DNA of 64,000 nucleotides, taken from the sequence record MZ443783.1; one strand, 5' to 3'. The position numbers were made by a program, and so were the translations under genes. Under the pieces are notes generated by a model that worked only from the letters and a program-made list of their open reading frames with translations, made no database searches and was not told the DNA's origin. This document shows positions 44,600-54,060 of the stretch, piece by piece. Within the stretch, counting starts at the first letter, position 1, and every line of letters starts with the position of its first letter.

Positions 44600-44828
44600 T
44601 GCGACTCATAAATACTACGGTGAAGCATACGAAGGAACTTGGCTCAAAGAGATAACTCTCAACGGGCACCAAGTCCTCAACGCAGAGTTCCCTAACTTCG
44701 AGGCCGCGAAAGAATGCGCCGACAAGTTGCATGAGGTTTGCGATATTGGGTGGATCGTGTATAACGCTTTTTCTGAACGCGCTATGTACGATACCCGCAC
44801 GGTACAAGGCGAGTCTGTAAAGAACTAA
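44577..44828 (+). CDS. hypothetical protein (83 aa)
   Basis: GGAGG RBS. Confidence 0.7.
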   Translation: MARYHVFSATHKYYGEAYEGTWLKEITLNGHQVLNAEFPNFEAAKECADKLHEVCDIGWIVYNAFSERAMYDTRTVQGESVKN

Positions 44829-44900
44829 CAGGCCCGCCAGTTATCCCTAAACGTGATGCTCACGGGCGTCACACAAATTTTCACAATACGAGGCTATAAA

Positions 44901-45410
44901 ATGAAATTCACCGCAATCGCTATCGCACTGGTTATGTCTGCTTCCGCTTCCGCTGCAAACTATGTGGCACCAGCTCCTGCTGCTGGCATGAAATCTTCTG
45001 GCATGACTATCAGCGACAAGCTGGACGATAGCTGCCAGAAGAAACTTAATCAGGCGATCGACCTGCGTCATTCAGTGATTGACTTCGCTGTGTCGAAAGA
45101 TGCAATCGACACTGTAGCCGCTTGGCCGCTTGTGTGTTCACCGACTGTTGAGTCTGCGTCGGTTACTGTTGAACGTATCGGCAGTGACATTACGATCACC
45201 TACGTCAATAACGACAAGTCGCTGGCGAATCTTAGCCTCGTGTTGCAGCGCGTAGAGTCCACTACAGAAGACGATGCACCTGCGTATCAGATCGTTCAGA
45301 TTGGTGACCTGAATGCTATGGGCTATCAGGAACAAACTGACGTGAAAGAGTGGCTGCTTGATTGTTATGCGGCTACTGTGCAGGACTACATGGCTGTAGT
45401 GAGGAACTGA
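44901..45410 (+). CDS. exported/periplasmic protein with a signal peptide
   Basis: MKFTAIAIALVMSASASA-A signal with an AxA cleavage site; GAGG RBS. Confidence 0.8.
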   Translation: MKFTAIAIALVMSASASAANYVAPAPAAGMKSSGMTISDKLDDSCQKKLNQAIDLRHSVIDFAVSKDAIDTVAAWPLVCSPTVESASVTVERIGSDITITYVNNDKSLANLSLVLQRVESTTEDDAPAYQIVQIGDLNAMGYQEQTDVKEWLLDCYAATVQDYMAVVRN

Positions 45411-45715
45411 TGAAAGGAAAGAAGTTAGACGTATTTTTGCAGCAACGCACGGCAATGAACAAAATCGCGTCCAGCCCGCAAGACTGGGAGACGTACAAAG
45501 AAATGCTGTTGAACATACGGCTTGCCGTTGCTGTTGACCCTCGACCTGATGCTGCTGTACGCCACTTAGCACGTACATGGCACGCCGAAAAGAAATATGC
45601 GCTCCCTGTCTGTCAGGCTACGCTTCTGAAACTGATGACGTTGAAGAAAGCAAACCAAACGCTTGAAGAAATGATCGCGCTTTACATTGACCTTGAGGAA
45701 GGACCGAAGAAATGA
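45410..45715 (+). CDS. hypothetical protein
   Basis: GAGGA RBS, TGATG coupling. Confidence 0.7.
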   Translation: MKGKKLDVFLQQRTAMNKIASSPQDWETYKEMLLNIRLAVAVDPRPDAAVRHLARTWHAEKKYALPVCQATLLKLMTLKKANQTLEEMIALYIDLEEGPKK

Positions 45716-46905
45716 CCGAAGCTGAAATGAACATCGACCACATTCGCAACGCCACGAAATCTATCTTCACTTCTGGCACCGTTCAGCAACGTGACGCTCT
45801 GCGTTCAATCGCTAACACTGTACTTGCACCTAACGCCATGTTTGCGTGTGAAGTCGAGGCGCCTGATGTGGAAACCGCGTATCGTCTGCTGGAAGAAATC
45901 AAATTCACTGGTGACGGCACTAACATGCTTCCTGCCGATGAAGTGTATGCGCTCGATTCCATTCTGAGTAAGAAGTGGAAGAAAGACTTCTTTGAAGCAG
46001 TGCGTAATATCGCGCTGACAATGTACTGCACCGACCCGGCTACTTCGGGTAAAGGCTTTTGGCCACGCAATCAAGGCGAGTTCAATCAGTTGATCACTCG
46101 CGCTTTCGTCTGGGTGTTGGCTCAAGAAGGTCTGAAAAACGTATTGAAAGATCCGACTGTCGTTAGCCATACACGTCTGGCTCAATTTATGATCGCAACG
46201 CAACTCGTAGGCAAAGACGAACCTAATCTGCGCCACTTCACAACGTACCGTCCGTATCAGGACACTGGTGGTGTGAACTGCGACAACATTCTGCCTGAGT
46301 CTTATCTCGAACAAATTCGCGCAGAACGCCGTGCAGGCCAGCCGCCAGAATATGAAGCTGCCAAGAACATGTCGTTCTCTGACCTGGCTGATTTGTGTGA
46401 GCGCTTGAACGTCATTGGTCCGGGTTCGACTAAACCCGTAACCTGTAATTGTGCTGTCGGTGAGCTTTGCGGATGCGAAGAAGACGAATACCAGACGCGT
46501 GATGATTTTGACGAAGACCAGGAGGAGTTGCTGGAAGAGTTCTATCGTAAATTCGGCTTCCCTCACGATGAAGATGAAGACGAGCCCGAAGAAGAAATCT
46601 GGCGTGAAGGTATCTCGCTCATGGAAGTTGAGGTCGACCTGCCTACTGTGCGTCTGACTCTTCCAGAAGCCGGTGTCCGCAAAGACTCACGCATGAAAAA
46701 GCCGATGCAGAAATCTCGCCGTAACAAGATTCTGCTTACGGCTGAACAACAAATCTGGCACAAGGTTGACACTGACCCTGTGTCCGCAGATCGTCGCTTC
46801 GCTATCAGCCTCGTATCTCGTCATACGTGCGGTGTTAGTCGCCCTGTAGCCACGCAGCGTGAAGCACTGGCAATTGCTGCCGCTCTCGCTGAACTCTGCA
46901 AGTAA
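45712..46905 (+). CDS. hypothetical protein (397 aa) with a Cys cluster and an acidic stretch
   Basis: GAGGAAGGA RBS; CNCAVGELCGC. Confidence 0.8.
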   Translation: MTEAEMNIDHIRNATKSIFTSGTVQQRDALRSIANTVLAPNAMFACEVEAPDVETAYRLLEEIKFTGDGTNMLPADEVYALDSILSKKWKKDFFEAVRNIALTMYCTDPATSGKGFWPRNQGEFNQLITRAFVWVLAQEGLKNVLKDPTVVSHTRLAQFMIATQLVGKDEPNLRHFTTYRPYQDTGGVNCDNILPESYLEQIRAERRAGQPPEYEAAKNMSFSDLADLCERLNVIGPGSTKPVTCNCAVGELCGCEEDEYQTRDDFDEDQEELLEEFYRKFGFPHDEDEDEPEEEIWREGISLMEVEVDLPTVRLTLPEAGVRKDSRMKKPMQKSRRNKILLTAEQQIWHKVDTDPVSADRRFAISLVSRHTCGVSRPVATQREALAIAAALAELCK

Positions 46906-46950
46906 CTGGTCAGAATAGCGCTTCTTCGTGGGGCGCTTCTATGATATAAT
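46898..46950 (+). promoter_or_regulatory. early promoter cassette 6
   Basis: GCAAGTAACTGGTCAGAATAG, 26 nt, TG-A-TATAAT. Confidence 0.85.
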
Positions 46951-47016
46951 CATAGATAGAGCAATATCGCTCTCAACGTTTTATCAACCATACGTTTAAA
47001 CACGGGATTGTCATTT

Positions 47017-47319
47017 ATGTCACGCACTATTTCACGCAAGAAAGCCTTAGAGTTAATGTCCAAAACTTATAACGCCAAGCACCCTGAATATCTTCCACGC
47101 CTGATGGCCGAAGATATGGATTCGAAAGACCTATTCGAATTCCGTGAAGATGTTGTCGCCCAGATTCGTGCTGGGAAAGATCCCGTTAAGGTTGTTGATG
47201 ATATGATCGACAACGCAATTCGTGTGACTCTGGTTCGTCGTCGTTCGAGCAATGATTATAATCCGAAGATTGCCGACGTACTGACTGATGAAATTCGTGA
47301 CCTGCTTCGTAACCTGTAA
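47017..47319 (+). CDS. hypothetical protein
   Basis: In-frame ATG 47017 downstream of a promoter. Confidence 0.75.
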   Translation: MSRTISRKKALELMSKTYNAKHPEYLPRLMAEDMDSKDLFEFREDVVAQIRAGKDPVKVVDDMIDNAIRVTLVRRRSSNDYNPKIADVLTDEIRDLLRNL

Positions 47320-47327
47320 GGAATAAA

Positions 47328-47879
47328 ATGAAAAGCTACGGTTACTTCTACATGTTGAACCATATCGCAATGGCCGTAGACGCACCCAACAAGGAAGTTG
47401 GGTTTAAATCAATGGTTGAACTGGATATGTTTAATCGCGCGTCTATTTTTACTCGACCTGATGCAGAGCCTCGTGCCGCGCAACTCGTCAAAGACCTGAC
47501 TGCTGCTATCTACCCTGTCGGTGACTGTCACCCGACCGTAGAGCAACGCATGATGCTGGTGCAAGCGTTGCATGACCAAGAGCTGGAAAAGATTCTTGGT
47601 TCGATTCGTTTCTTCGTGCCGTTCGCATACACGAAAGAAGAACTGTGCGACACGTTCGGCTTCTTCGACAACGGTGATACGTTGAGCATTCCGTATTTTC
47701 TGCGTCACCACTTCATGGACGACCAAGCAGTCTTCTATGACGGCAAGCTGACCAGCTTCGCGTATTCGTGTACGCACGGCGAAGTGTCGCAGACTGCCAG
47801 ACAGTATGGCCTGTTCCCTGCATACGCTTACGGTAAGAACGACATACCTGAGCAATTCAAACATCTGCCTCTATTCTAG
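47328..47879 (+). CDS. hypothetical protein (183 aa)
   Basis: AAGGA RBS. Confidence 0.75.
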   Translation: MKSYGYFYMLNHIAMAVDAPNKEVGFKSMVELDMFNRASIFTRPDAEPRAAQLVKDLTAAIYPVGDCHPTVEQRMMLVQALHDQELEKILGSIRFFVPFAYTKEELCDTFGFFDNGDTLSIPYFLRHHFMDDQAVFYDGKLTSFAYSCTHGEVSQTARQYGLFPAYAYGKNDIPEQFKHLPLF

Positions 47880-47887
47880 GAGACACT

Positions 47888-48352
47888 ATGGGAGTAGTTA
47901 AAGGCATAACCGCTACCACGTTCCCTGCACGTGGGCGTGACGAGGGCCAGAAGATTGCTCTCAAGACTCGCTGGGGAATCTACCCAGCTGTTATCGTGCG
48001 TCAAGACAACGACAATCCGTACAACGAGATTTGGAAGATCGATGCAAAGAATCTTCCTCGTCGTTACTTTACTGAGGTCGATGACCTGTTCGTGTCTCGC
48101 AAGTTCATTGAGAACTATCCGAAGCTCTCGCCTATCTGCGAGAAAAGCGAGTACGAAGGCAAGTTCGTTGACGTTGTGTTTGACCATGACGTCCAGAACA
48201 AATGTGAAGGGATTGTCGTCACACATCGCAATGCTCTGCTGGTCATTCTGATAACGACAGGTCCGCATGAAGGTCGTTATGTCACAGGCAAAGAATGTCA
48301 GTACGCCGTGAAGCCGCGCACGGTTAAGGACCTGATCGATGAAAACGAATAA
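47888..48352 (+). CDS. hypothetical protein (154 aa)
   Basis: AGGAG RBS. Confidence 0.75.
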   Translation: MGVVKGITATTFPARGRDEGQKIALKTRWGIYPAVIVRQDNDNPYNEIWKIDAKNLPRRYFTEVDDLFVSRKFIENYPKLSPICEKSEYEGKFVDVVFDHDVQNKCEGIVVTHRNALLVILITTGPHEGRYVTGKECQYAVKPRTVKDLIDENE

Positions 48353-48620
48353 AGGTAATTTCCTTGAGCGCTTGAAGTCCGGCGAAACTTTTTACATGCA
48401 CATTAGCGGTAAGAAGAAGGGCCAACCACGTCAAGGTGTTTCGTTAGGCCATGACGCTCGATACAAAGACCTGATGATGGCTATAGGTGGTGTGGCATTC
48501 ACTCACGGGTATAAGAACGTTCAGGTATCATTTAGTCGCAACATCATGGCAGACGCTGATGGTGTTGTGGTGTTTCGTGTTAAACAATCAATCACTGTTA
48601 AAGAAGAAAGGACGTACTAA
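48339..48620 (+). CDS. hypothetical protein (93 aa)
   Basis: AAGGA RBS. Confidence 0.7.
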   Translation: MKTNKGNFLERLKSGETFYMHISGKKKGQPRQGVSLGHDARYKDLMMAIGGVAFTHGYKNVQVSFSRNIMADADGVVVFRVKQSITVKEERTY

Positions 48621-49147
48621 TGCAATTCTTAATCAAGCCAGAAGATCGTTTCCCGAATTTCATCCCGCCTAAACGCGCTACAGCAAAAGCTGCGGGCTTC
48701 GACCTGTTCGCGCAGGAAGATATGATCATCACGGGCGACACCGTGCTGTTCGATCTGGGCTTCCGCACTAAAGTGCCAAAAGACCACGTTGCTATCATCT
48801 TCCCACGTAGCGGCCTAGGCGCTAAGTTCCAGGTGCAGTTGGCAAACACGAACGGTGTTATCGACGCAGACTACACTGGCATCTGGATGGCTGCTCTGCA
48901 TCTCGGCGGTAAAGGTACGCAGGTGCAACAACTCGACTGGCTGAGTGCTGCATACGAGCAATCCAGCTTCACCGAAATCCCTGACATTGACGACGACGAA
49001 GATCAGAAAGCGTTGTTGATTAAACGCGGTGATGCGTTTGCGCAGGTGTTGTTCTTCCCTGTGCCAGAAGTCGAAGTGGTTATCACGCACGAACCTCTGC
49101 CTGAAACAGATCGTGGTGACGGCGGCTTCGGTTCCACAACGAAGTGA
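48620..49147 (+). CDS. dut: trimeric dUTPase
   Basis: Motifs AAGFDL, PRSGLG, GVIDADYTG, GDAFAQ, RGDGGFGST. Confidence 0.95.
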   Translation: MQFLIKPEDRFPNFIPPKRATAKAAGFDLFAQEDMIITGDTVLFDLGFRTKVPKDHVAIIFPRSGLGAKFQVQLANTNGVIDADYTGIWMAALHLGGKGTQVQQLDWLSAAYEQSSFTEIPDIDDDEDQKALLIKRGDAFAQVLFFPVPEVEVVITHEPLPETDRGDGGFGSTTK

Positions 49148-49359
49148 TTTACTTCTGGCTGATCTTCGCAGCGTACTACGTTGTCGGCATTGTCGTGTTT
49201 GTCCGTGACCTAAAAGAAACGTCCGACGATGTGATGCTGATGCGCCAGTTCAATGAAGAACTGAACCACATGACCAATCTTGAACTAGTTTGGGATGCGG
49301 TAAAACTTTTGCTATTCGTGGTGTTCATCCACATTCCTTGTTGGATTCTCCGCGTATAG
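49144..49359 (+). CDS. small membrane protein (71 aa)
   Basis: Hydrophobic N- and C-terminal segments; GTGA coupling. Confidence 0.65.
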   Translation: MIYFWLIFAAYYVVGIVVFVRDLKETSDDVMLMRQFNEELNHMTNLELVWDAVKLLLFVVFIHIPCWILRV

Positions 49360-49374
49360 TGACGTTACTCACAC

Positions 49375-49400
49375 GAGGAGCCTTACGTGGGCTCCTCATT
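49375..49400 (+). terminator. stem-loop, probable terminator
   Basis: GAGGAGCC-TTACGTG-GGCTCCTC-ATT. Confidence 0.6.
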
Positions 49401-49417
49401 ATCGTAATATAAATGCT

Positions 49418-49732
49418 ATGGGAAAGAAAACTTATCTGCTGCCCCGCGAGCGCCCTAGCCCTCTGCCGAACTTACGTGCCTATCTCGCGTATCTCGCCCG
49501 GAAGCCTAACGCTAACCGCGAAGTATTAGAAACGTATTGCAATCAGAGTCTGGCCCAAATGCGCCGTGAGCGGTTCTTTGTTGGTAAGCTCTTTGCCTAT
49601 AAAGTGTATACGAAGTCGAACAAGCTCGCATACACGGTCGTATGGATTGACCCATACAACTATGACTGCCTTGTTCTGAATCACCAAAGGAGATGCGTAG
49701 AGTTTAAAAATTTATACGGCCTGCTTTTATAG
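49418..49732 (+). CDS. hypothetical basic protein (104 aa)
   Basis: ORF fills the gap; no clear RBS. Confidence 0.55.
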   Translation: MGKKTYLLPRERPSPLPNLRAYLAYLARKPNANREVLETYCNQSLAQMRRERFFVGKLFAYKVYTKSNKLAYTVVWIDPYNYDCLVLNHQRRCVEFKNLYGLLL

Positions 49733-49769
49733 TTAGGTCCTAGCGCCTTCACACTAGGAGATTCTTCCA

Positions 49770-50450
49770 ATGATAACTGTTCTTAACAATCGTACCGACG
49801 AGGTAATGAAACGCCTAAACGTAGCAGTATGGGTTTGTGTTGCTTTCGCATTTGCTGTTTTAATCGCAGTGTTGAATACGCCCGCTAACGCCAGCATGTC
49901 TACAGGCCCTGACAACGCCATTGATATGTCTTCAACCGTGTCACTCGATCCCTCCAATCGTGTGGCGACTAAATACAAGGAGATCGAAAAGGCAGTAGCA
50001 GTAAAAGACGAACGAAGGCCAAAACGCTATGTAACACGCGAGCGCCTCCGACAACTCTATGCGCACTTGCCTCATCCAACAGACCTTGGCAAGCAAATTG
50101 ATTTGGCCGCAGAGAAGTACGGAGTAGACGCAAAACTCGTTCTCTCCATCTGCGTTTCCGAGTCGCATCTTCGTGCAAAGGTCAGAAACAAGTCTGGCGC
50201 AACTGGCTTATGTCAGATTATGCCAGACATGCACGGCCGTTCTGTTAAAGAACTTCTGGACTACCGAGTCAATGTTGATCAGGCAGCCCAAATCGTAGCG
50301 CTACTAAACAAGCAGTGTAAGGGGCGACGCGCTTGCGTCATTCAGGCTTACAACACTGGTTGGGGAGCATATTTAAAAGGTGTACGTTCACCACAATACT
50401 TAGCTAAAGTTCAGACCGAGTATCGCCGCAAGCATACTCCTTCTTCCTAA
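49770..50450 (+). CDS. SLT-family lytic transglycosylase with an N-terminal TM/signal segment
   Basis: SICVSESH (catalytic E), SGATGLCQIMP, AYNTG. Confidence 0.88.
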   Translation: MITVLNNRTDEVMKRLNVAVWVCVAFAFAVLIAVLNTPANASMSTGPDNAIDMSSTVSLDPSNRVATKYKEIEKAVAVKDERRPKRYVTRERLRQLYAHLPHPTDLGKQIDLAAEKYGVDAKLVLSICVSESHLRAKVRNKSGATGLCQIMPDMHGRSVKELLDYRVNVDQAAQIVALLNKQCKGRRACVIQAYNTGWGAYLKGVRSPQYLAKVQTEYRRKHTPSS

Positions 50451-50462
50451 GAGGATATAATA

Positions 50463-51113
50463 ATGAGCATCAATATCGCCGCGCTGTACAAAATGCAATT
50501 CCAGTTGTTGAAGCCGCTGTCTCCACGTCAAGAGTTTGCTCTCGTTGTGCTGCTCTCCGATGACCTGCGTGACGGTGATGTTAAAGCACTGGCAGAAGTA
50601 ATCATCCGCGACTACCCGCATGTAGGCCGTCTGTATGACGCGTTCGCTGCGGCTAATCAGTTTGAGAATGCGGTACCGTTCATCGTACCTGTGCTGAACT
50701 CCGAAGAAGTGACAGAAGAAATCTTCTGCATTCGTGACCACGCGCTTGTCGTTGCACCTGAACTGCGTGACCTTCTGAGTCAGGCTCTGGACCGTGTCGA
50801 ACAGATGCGTGAAAGTCCTGATGAACTGCGTTTCTGCGAAGGCGCCAAGCCACTTCAACTTGGCTGGTTCATTGATTGTATGCTCGACGCATATAACTGC
50901 GGTGTGTTGCCTATGATCGTGCGCCCTACGAAAGACCAGCAAGCGATGCGTGATGACCGTCTGCTGTCTTTTGAAATGCTGCGTGATAGCAACATGTTCT
51001 CTGGAAGTCTTGACTTTACCAAGGCGCTACAGCCGAGCGAACGTGCTCGTGTTATCGCCCAGCAGTTGTTAGCACGTTTGCGCCATAACTCGCTGCGTGT
51101 GGTGACACAATAA
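50463..51113 (+). CDS. hypothetical protein (216 aa)
   Basis: GAGGA RBS. Confidence 0.78.
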   Translation: MSINIAALYKMQFQLLKPLSPRQEFALVVLLSDDLRDGDVKALAEVIIRDYPHVGRLYDAFAAANQFENAVPFIVPVLNSEEVTEEIFCIRDHALVVAPELRDLLSQALDRVEQMRESPDELRFCEGAKPLQLGWFIDCMLDAYNCGVLPMIVRPTKDQQAMRDDRLLSFEMLRDSNMFSGSLDFTKALQPSERARVIAQQLLARLRHNSLRVVTQ

Positions 51114-51118
51114 AACCC

Positions 51119-51149
51119 AACGGGAGACCTTAACTGGTTTCCCGTTTTT
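51119..51149 (+). terminator. intrinsic terminator
   Basis: AACGGGAGACC-TTAACT-GGTTTCCCGTT-TTT. Confidence 0.85.
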
Positions 51150-51182
51150 CATTTCTGCGCAAATTTTCTAAGGACTACCACA

Positions 51183-52124
51183 ATGACTAAAATGATCAAC
51201 ATGCCGTTCGCCACATCTTCAATTCGTAGCTCTTTCTTCTCTGCGAAAGTTCGTGAACTCGATCTCCAGAACGTCTGGAGTCACGTTGTATCAAACAACA
51301 ATCCACAATGGCACGGCGACCCGTTGCTGCACCACATGCACTATCATTCTACCGAGCACATGAAGCAAGTAACTGCTCTCGCTCTGTGGCTGCTGAACGA
51401 AGAAGCTGAACAGCCGTGGCAGTATGACTTGGGTGCGCTGCCGCTGGCTGTCGCGTGTATGTTCCACGATATGCACCATTCTCTCGGCCGCTTGAGCGAT
51501 GCAGTCAACGTGCGTAATGCACAAGACGCTTTCAAACAATATGTGGCTGTATGTGAAGACCAACGCATTATCGACCAGCAGGAAATCATTCTCGAACTGA
51601 TAGGCGTTACGGAATTCCCGTACATGAAGAACCGCCAGCCGAAGAATCTGGTTGAGCGTTGCATTCGTGATGCGGATATTCTTTACGGTATGCAGGACGA
51701 TGCGCTGGACGTTGTGATGTTCGCACTACGTCGTGAGGTGAATCGTGCTGTGAACAAGCCAACACACTTCACGTCAGAACAATGGGCGGCAGGTCGTGTT
51801 GACTTCCTCATGTCTGTGGAGATGTATACGCCTACAGCAAACGCGATCATGGACTGGCTGTTGGCACAAGACAACGATCACAATCATCAGTCTAAGATTG
51901 ATAGCTGGATGCGGGACAACGTTATCTTCCGCGATACGTCAGCACACAAGCTCCAGGCCAATGACGTGTTGTTCATCGACACTGAGGCAGATAGTGCGCC
52001 GAAGCGCCGTTTGATCGAGCGTGTTGAGTCAGTACATCCGTACATCAACTTCTACTTCCATGACGGTGAAGCTATCTCGCTGCGTGACGGCGAGAGCTGT
52101 GTCGTTTGCGAAAGACGCAAATAA
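51183..52124 (+). CDS. HD-domain metal-dependent phosphohydrolase
   Basis: YHSTEH, ACMFHDMHH, CIRDADIL. Confidence 0.85.
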   Translation: MTKMINMPFATSSIRSSFFSAKVRELDLQNVWSHVVSNNNPQWHGDPLLHHMHYHSTEHMKQVTALALWLLNEEAEQPWQYDLGALPLAVACMFHDMHHSLGRLSDAVNVRNAQDAFKQYVAVCEDQRIIDQQEIILELIGVTEFPYMKNRQPKNLVERCIRDADILYGMQDDALDVVMFALRREVNRAVNKPTHFTSEQWAAGRVDFLMSVEMYTPTANAIMDWLLAQDNDHNHQSKIDSWMRDNVIFRDTSAHKLQANDVLFIDTEADSAPKRRLIERVESVHPYINFYFHDGEAISLRDGESCVVCERRK

Positions 52125-52168
52125 TAGGCTGAAATAGACGTATACGAACCACGTGCCTATGATATACT
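52117..52168 (+). promoter_or_regulatory. early promoter cassette 7
   Basis: GCAAATAATAGGCTGAAATAG (identical to cassette 3), 25 nt, TG-A-TATACT. Confidence 0.85.
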
Positions 52169-52200
52169 ACGCATAGGCACACATAATAGAGAGAACTCGA

Positions 52201-52905
52201 ATGAAATACTTGAAGCGCATTCATCCAGGTGTGGACGCAAGTCTGTTTGCAATTAACGGAATCGTAATACCGATGGCTTTCTTCTACATGGACGTCACTG
52301 TCCATGATCAGGAGCGCGGTGACAAAGAAATAAAGCTCGGTGTGCGTATGAATCCACACGTTCCTGTAGAATCCTATCTGCCTGGCGTGGACTACAGAAC
52401 GTATATTCCAGTGTTGGCCTGCGACCCATCTGATGACGAAGGGTTCCATACGGAGCTGGGGTTCATTGACATTAACAGTCGCTATGTTGATCTGCATCAC
52501 CAGAAGCGAACGTATCTTGCTTATCTAGGTTCGTTGCCTGATGTTGCGGAGTCCGATGTGCGCGACAAACGATATGTATGTCCGATAGACATACGCCAAA
52601 TACCGCCACATCCTGACATGCCTCAACGTTTCCGCAACACACCACGTTACGGCGCAACGATTCGCACTGATTACCTGCGTACCTCTGCCATCGATCAGAT
52701 CGACGATGAAACGTGGGAAGCGCTGCGCACCATCGACCACGCTAAAGGTACTACGTGGTCACAGTTTTTAGACGCCGCAACGTCAGGGCGCTTCACGCCA
52801 CACGATGATCTGTCAGACTGTTTGGAGAACATCGACCACGAGTACATGCCTGAGCATATCTTCAAGCGTATTCGTATTGCTCAATTCGAGAAAAGAAGGA
52901 ACTGA
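52201..52905 (+). CDS. hypothetical protein (234 aa)
   Basis: Follows a promoter; GAGAG RBS-like. Confidence 0.75.
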   Translation: MKYLKRIHPGVDASLFAINGIVIPMAFFYMDVTVHDQERGDKEIKLGVRMNPHVPVESYLPGVDYRTYIPVLACDPSDDEGFHTELGFIDINSRYVDLHHQKRTYLAYLGSLPDVAESDVRDKRYVCPIDIRQIPPHPDMPQRFRNTPRYGATIRTDYLRTSAIDQIDDETWEALRTIDHAKGTTWSQFLDAATSGRFTPHDDLSDCLENIDHEYMPEHIFKRIRIAQFEKRRN

Positions 52906-52907
52906 TC

Positions 52908-53138
52908 ATGATGCACGATTTGTATAAGGTGAGTGCTATCCTGTTCTACACGCTAGGCGCTATGGCTTTCCTTGCACATATCGTAGGCTTCATGAAGAAC
53001 TGGATGAAAATTCAGGAGATGCGCCAGAAGGCAAAAGCGAAAGCCGCTAAGGTGCGCTCTCCGCTGCAAGACATTAAACGCCGTCTGCGTAAAGCAGAAG
53101 AACGCGCACGGCATCGCCCACGTAAACTGAGAGATTGA
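52908..53138 (+). CDS. small membrane-anchored basic protein
   Basis: N-terminal TM, K/R-rich tail. Confidence 0.7.
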   Translation: MMHDLYKVSAILFYTLGAMAFLAHIVGFMKNWMKIQEMRQKAKAKAAKVRSPLQDIKRRLRKAEERARHRPRKLRD

Positions 53139-53140
53139 TT

Positions 53141-53449
53141 ATGCCTACTATTAACCGCAACGATGATCTGGAAAAGAAAGTACAACGCGCCCTTGAAATC
53201 TGCTGGAATGAAACGGCAAAGAACAACGAAGGTCCAACCACCTACGCGTTTCTCGCTTCTTCATTTGCTGCTGATGGTAAGAACTTGTTCGAAGGCGAGT
53301 TGAAGATGATCAACGTGATGCTGCGTGATGCAGTGAACATCAACATGTATGGTCGCCACGTTGCTACTGTGTACACAAGCAATAAAGGCTTCATGGTAGC
53401 ATTCCAGCCTGTTGCTGACCTCGAAGATATTGTTGAACTGGAGTTATGA
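53141..53449 (+). CDS. hypothetical protein
   Basis: In-frame ATG 53141. Confidence 0.7.
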   Translation: MPTINRNDDLEKKVQRALEICWNETAKNNEGPTTYAFLASSFAADGKNLFEGELKMINVMLRDAVNINMYGRHVATVYTSNKGFMVAFQPVADLEDIVELEL

Positions 53450-54024
53450 TGGAACAGATTGATATGTTCGATACGCAGGGTGCGCATGAAATTTCTGAGT
53501 ACGCAGAACTTGATCAAGACCGTTTGCATCCATCTGTGGTTACACGCAATGATCGCCGTGTGTTTGCTGCGTTTGGCGATCCTGTACTCAGTGAAGAATA
53601 TCTCACTAAGTGGCCTAGTATGCGGCCAGGCAAATTGAAGTTTCGCAAGAAGCTGGTTATGGTCCAGGAGTTTGTGCTCGTCACGCACGACAAGCTCAAG
53701 GCGAGCCTGCTCAAGAAACAGGGCAACGTTCGACAGACAGGTAATATCGACCCGCAGTACCTGATCAATGTGTACAATCACACCGAGAAGGTAGCGTTGT
53801 TCATGCGTGACTTTGAAGACTTCATGGAACACTTCATGAATGCCGTTCACCTGTTTACGGTCGCAACTGTGTATGACGGTCGTCTGTTAATCTTTGCGGA
53901 GAACGGCGCTCCTGTTATTACCTCAGAAGAAACGTTGGCGATGCTCACCGAAATCGAGCACTTCATCAACCGTAGTAAAGTGTATCGCGTACATTCACAA
54001 AACGCCATCTACCGTACAATCTAA
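53446..54024 (+). CDS. hypothetical protein (192 aa)
   Basis: GGAG RBS. Confidence 0.75.
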   Translation: MMEQIDMFDTQGAHEISEYAELDQDRLHPSVVTRNDRRVFAAFGDPVLSEEYLTKWPSMRPGKLKFRKKLVMVQEFVLVTHDKLKASLLKKQGNVRQTGNIDPQYLINVYNHTEKVALFMRDFEDFMEHFMNAVHLFTVATVYDGRLLIFAENGAPVITSEETLAMLTEIEHFINRSKVYRVHSQNAIYRTI

Positions 54025-54060
54025 CCTGAGCGCTTACGGGCGCTCTACTGGAGAAACATT

